NCBI GenBank assembly: GCA_902521955.1
Contig: CABYTP010000001.1
Span: 18,097 to 82,096, forward strand
Direction: 5' to 3'
Source: an uncultured Candidatus Actinomarina sp.
Lineage (GTDB): Bacteria > Actinomycetota > Acidimicrobiia > Actinomarinales > Actinomarinaceae
DNA: 64,000 bases
Below, piece after piece: positions 61,159 to 64,000 of the stretch (position 1 is the stretch's first letter; each line of letters begins with the position of its first letter). The notes under the pieces were generated by a model. It did no database searches. It saw only the letters and a program-made list of their open reading frames with translations, and was not told where the DNA came from. A program made the translations under genes and the position numbers.

Positions 61159-61422
61159 ATGTTTTTATTAAGAATAATAGTTTTTTTAATTTTGGTTTCG
61201 CTTCTTATGATACTTGCATATCCATTATTAATTGTTTTTGATATCTCAACAGGAGGTAATGGGTTTGGTATTTGTGAAAATCTATTGACTTGCTCCATAC
61301 CTATAACAGAAGGGCCCAGACTTTTAGTCCTTCTTATATCCGCCTTTTTCATTTTGGTATTTCTGTTGAGGGTTGTAATGAAGTTTATAAACTATTTGAA
61401 TAAGGAAAAATCTATTCTTTAA
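61159..61422 (+). CDS. Small hypothetical 2-TM membrane protein
   Basis: 87-aa hydrophobic ORF divergent from thyX. An alternative minus-strand ORF at 61143-61352 exists. Low information. Confidence 0.25.
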   Translation: MFLLRIIVFLILVSLLMILAYPLLIVFDISTGGNGFGICENLLTCSIPITEGPRLLVLLISAFFILVFLLRVVMKFINYLNKEKSIL

Positions 61423-62239
61423 TAACTAAAAATATAGATATAAGAACTAATAGCACTCCACACCAGCTTAAGATATTTAATACTTCTCCTGCTAACAAAA
61501 TGCCTATAAATAATGCGAAAATTGCCTCCAGACTTAAAATAAGTGCAGACGTGGATGCTTTTATTACTTTTTGTCCATATAGCTGCAGATAAAAGGCACA
61601 TACATTTACGATCAAGCCAAGAAATAGAATTGGTATCCAGTAATCATTAAAGTTGTTTAATTGATTTAAATTAGTAAAAGGAATGCATAAGAGAGCACCA
61701 ATAAATGATTGAACAAACATTAATTGTGAAATATTTAAATCTTCTATGTATCTTTCAACTAAAACAATATGCATAGCATATGAAAATGCACAAAAAATTG
61801 TAAAAATATTTCCAAATATTTGAGTAAAATCAGTAATCGAGATCAATACAATACCTAAAAAACCCATAAAGGAATAAATGTAGTTTTTGTTATGAAGTTG
61901 AGTTTTATTAATTAGCTTTGAAAAGAATGGTGTCAGCACAACATAAAAACCTGTAACGACACCTGAATTAATTGTAGAAGTCGTTAAAAGGCCCTGAGTT
62001 TGAGTTATATAACCAAGCCACAAAAATATACCCATAAGGATACCTGGCTTTAGGGTTTGAGCACTAGGGATACCTCCAATAATTAAGAAGAAAATAGATG
62101 CTACAAGATATCTCATAAAAACAATAAAAGTTGGAGAAAAAGTTACAAGTAGGTTTTTAACTATTAAAAATGTAGAACCAAAAAATAATGCAGAGAAGAA
62201 CAATGCAATAAGAGATTTATTTTTATCAGTTAACAACAT
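61412..62239 (-). CDS. EamA/DMT-superfamily transporter
   Basis: 275 aa, about 10 TM segments, duplicated EamA-like halves. Confidence 0.7.
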   Translation of the reverse strand: MLLTDKNKSLIALFFSALFFGSTFLIVKNLLVTFSPTFIVFMRYLVASIFFLIIGGIPSAQTLKPGILMGIFLWLGYITQTQGLLTTSTINSGVVTGFYVVLTPFFSKLINKTQLHNKNYIYSFMGFLGIVLISITDFTQIFGNIFTIFCAFSYAMHIVLVERYIEDLNISQLMFVQSFIGALLCIPFTNLNQLNNFNDYWIPILFLGLIVNVCAFYLQLYGQKVIKASTSALILSLEAIFALFIGILLAGEVLNILSWCGVLLVLISIFLVIKE

Positions 62240-62273
62240 ATAAGCACAGTAATATATCGTTTAAAATAAAAGT

Positions 62274-62915
62274 GTGCAAAGTACAAAACAAGTTAAATCA
62301 AATAAAATATTATCTATATTAGAAAAACTTTATCCAGAGACTCCCATACCTCTAACACACAAGGATAATTTCACTTTATTAGTTGCTGTCGTATTGTCAG
62401 CTCAATGCACCGATGAGAGAGTGAACAAAATTACACCTTTACTCTTTTCAAAAGCTAAAAATTCAAAAGAAATGGTAAAACTTGGGCAAAAATCAATTGA
62501 AAAAATAATAAGACCTTGCGGTTTATCTCCTCAAAAATCAAAAGCTATTTACGGTCTATCAAAGATAATTAATGAAAAACATAATTTTACAGTGCCTGAT
62601 AATTTTAAGGACCTAGAAAATCTTCCAGGTGTTGGACATAAAACTGCATCAGTTGTTATGGCTCAAGCTTTTGGATACCCTACTTTTCCAGTAGATACTC
62701 ACATTCACAGACTTGCTTGGAGGTGGGGACTGAGTTCAGGCAAAAATGTTGAACAGACTGAAAAAGACTTAAAAAGACTTTTTCCACAATCAAAATGGAA
62801 TTCTTTACATTTACAGATTATTTTTTATGGAAGGGAATTCTGTCCAGCTAGGGGACATAATCTTGAAAATTGCATTATATGTTCTAAGTTTCGAAGAAAA
62901 TCTAACTACAAATAA
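62274..62915 (+). CDS. nth: Endonuclease III-family DNA glycosylase
   Basis: HhH-GPD motif LPGVGHKTASVVM with catalytic Lys and a downstream Asp. The C-terminal Cys cluster reads C-x9-C-x2-C; only three cysteines are present. Confidence 0.8.
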   Translation: MQSTKQVKSNKILSILEKLYPETPIPLTHKDNFTLLVAVVLSAQCTDERVNKITPLLFSKAKNSKEMVKLGQKSIEKIIRPCGLSPQKSKAIYGLSKIINEKHNFTVPDNFKDLENLPGVGHKTASVVMAQAFGYPTFPVDTHIHRLAWRWGLSSGKNVEQTEKDLKRLFPQSKWNSLHLQIIFYGREFCPARGHNLENCIICSKFRRKSNYK

Positions 62916-62954
62916 TAAATTTTTATAAAAATATTCGCTGTATATATTTAATAT

Positions 62955-63662
62955 ATGGAACTAAACATATTCATTGCATTCTTTTTTGGCATTTTGTCTT
63001 TTTTCTCTCCTTGTGTTTTACCATTAGTGCCAGGGTTTCTTTCTGTGTTTTCCTTAAATAAAAACGATACTAAAACAAGACTTTTAGGATCTTTTCAATT
63101 TGTAATTGGTTTTTCTTTTGTGTTTATTTCACTGGGTGCATTAGCCTCAACGCTTGGTTCTTTTTTCACAAGAAATGCATCAGTATTATCAAGAGTTAGT
63201 GGAGCAGTAATTATTATATTTGGAATAATTCTCTTGGTTCCCTCTTTAAATAATAAATATTTTTATAGTTCAAACATTATTCATGTAGAAAAATATACAA
63301 AATTAAAAAACTTCATTATGGGATTTACTTTTGGTTTTGGGTTCACACCTTGCATTGGACCTGTTTTGGGGGCTCTTTTGACACTGTCTTCCAGTGCTGA
63401 AACTGTAAATCTAGGAATTGTATATCTATTGTTTTTTTCAACTGGCATGGGTATACCATTTTTAACACTTGCATTTTTATCAAACAAGATAAGTATAAAA
63501 AATTCTTTATTTAAAAATTTTCAAAAATTCTCTACAAAAATATCCGGCAGTACATTAGTAATTATCGGTGCTCTTATTTATTCCGACAAGATGTATTTAT
63601 TAGCATCTATTTTTCAAGATATTTTATATTTCTTTAACTTAGATTGGTTGAGTACAATTTAA
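62955..63662 (+). CDS. ccdA: CcdA/DsbD-family transmembrane thiol:disulfide electron transporter
   Basis: Conserved Cys in TM1 (FFSPCVLPLVPGF) and TM4 (FTPCIGPVLGALL), with six TM segments. Confidence 0.8.
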   Translation: MELNIFIAFFFGILSFFSPCVLPLVPGFLSVFSLNKNDTKTRLLGSFQFVIGFSFVFISLGALASTLGSFFTRNASVLSRVSGAVIIIFGIILLVPSLNNKYFYSSNIIHVEKYTKLKNFIMGFTFGFGFTPCIGPVLGALLTLSSSAETVNLGIVYLLFFSTGMGIPFLTLAFLSNKISIKNSLFKNFQKFSTKISGSTLVIIGALIYSDKMYLLASIFQDILYFFNLDWLSTI

Positions 63663-63665
63663 GAT

Positions 63666-64000
63666 ATGTATGTTTTAAAATCACTAAATTATCTAAAATT
63701 TACAGGTATAGATACTTTTACTTTTGTTGACTCTTTAATATCCAACTCAGTTAAAACTGATAAATTATTTTTCTCATATTTACTTGGACCTGATGGAAAG
63801 ATTTTAAATTGGTTTATTTGTGAAACTAAACCTGAAGAACTATACATTTATCAAGAAATTGAAAATTTACATAATTTATCACAGATGTTTAACAAATATA
63901 AAATACGAATTAACTGCGAACTACAAATTGTTAATGAAAACAAGTATCTTTCTGTAGACACTTCAGATGATACAATTACTGTGAATCATACATTTGAGAC
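63666..64000 (+). CDS. Possible folate-binding YgfZ/GcvT-like protein, 3'-truncated at the window edge
   Basis: The ORF is open to the window end. There is a weak resemblance to YgfZ N-termini. Low information. Confidence 0.3.
   Translation, partial: MYVLKSLNYLKFTGIDTFTFVDSLISNSVKTDKLFFSYLLGPDGKILNWFICETKPEELYIYQEIENLHNLSQMFNKYKIRINCELQIVNENKYLSVDTSDDTITVNHTFE

Noticed and set aside
61143-61352. 69-aa minus-strand ORF upstream of thyX
   Set aside because: It competes with the plus-strand 87-aa hydrophobic ORF at 61159-61422. Neither has homology, and the basic minus-strand product looks like a translation artefact of AT-rich DNA. I kept only the plus-strand ORF, at low confidence.
1-64000. 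tRNA, rRNA, CRISPR arrays, IS elements and prophage genes
   Set aside because: I scanned all intergenic gaps of 80 nt or more (4299-4473, 11125-11537, 25691-25843, 34357-34827, 36844-36928, 48936-49025, 55111-55230). None contains a cloverleaf-like GTTC...TGG arrangement, a repeat-spacer periodicity or a transposase-like ORF.

Overview
This 64 kb window is a very AT-rich (roughly 30% GC by eye), gene-dense stretch of bacterial chromosome with no obvious mobile DNA, CRISPR array, rRNA or tRNA. The gene content and order look actinobacterial, though this is an inference. The evidence is: a dcw cluster mraZ-rsmH-ftsL-ftsI-murE-mraY-murD-ftsW-murG-murC-murB-ftsQ-ftsZ with no ftsA, followed by pgeF-yggS-sepF-yggT; the order ileS / dksA-like / lspA-rluA-dnaE; a DUF3040 protein plus a MerR-like (Rv2175c-like) regulator upstream of mraZ; an Fgd1-like F420-dependent dehydrogenase; and an Rv2191-like exonuclease-GIY-YIG fusion. 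A plausible source is a low-GC marine actinobacterium of the Actinomarinales or Acidimicrobiia kind.

Main contents, in order:
- Plus strand, 2-11124: a partial nucleotide-sugar dehydrogenase, PEP carboxylase, a secreted M15 peptidase, an MMPL transporter, the Nif3 / Zn-ribbon / RNase H operon, a TauE exporter and the Fgd-like LLM enzyme.
- Minus strand, 11188-11515: an RNase P RNA gene (rnpB).
- Minus strand, 11538-25690: a 14 kb same-strand string ilvBNC-leuAB-nitroreductase-trmH-exo/GIY-YIG followed by a complete System I cytochrome c maturation cluster (ccmABCEFH plus a TPR CcmI-like gene and ccmG).
- Plus strand, 25844-36843: queG, ilvD, a metallophosphoesterase, a ROK kinase, a truncated LLM-like protein, an aminotransferase, a polytopic membrane protein, threonine aldolase, a histidine phosphatase on the minus strand, then DUF3040, a MerR-like regulator and an HNH protein.
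- Plus strand, 36929-51984: the dcw cluster.
- 51967-64000: ileS (minus), dksA-like, lspA, rluA, dnaE, thyX (minus), an EamA transporter (minus), nth, ccdA and a partial YgfZ-like gene.

Non-coding signals I could support:
- A leader-peptide attenuator upstream of ilvB. The leader reads MKNLAVFISVLVLLLI and is followed by a hairpin and a G/C stem with a T9 run.
- A sigma70-like mraZ promoter embedded in 10-bp-phased GTG[G/T] repeats that look like MraZ boxes.
- A 77-nt two-stem hairpin that fills the mraZ-rsmH spacer and ends 2 nt before the rsmH start codon.

Notable absences and oddities: ccm System I where actinobacteria normally use System II; murF missing between murE and mraY; no divIVA after yggT; no T-box leader upstream of ileS; an Nth homolog with only three C-terminal cysteines.
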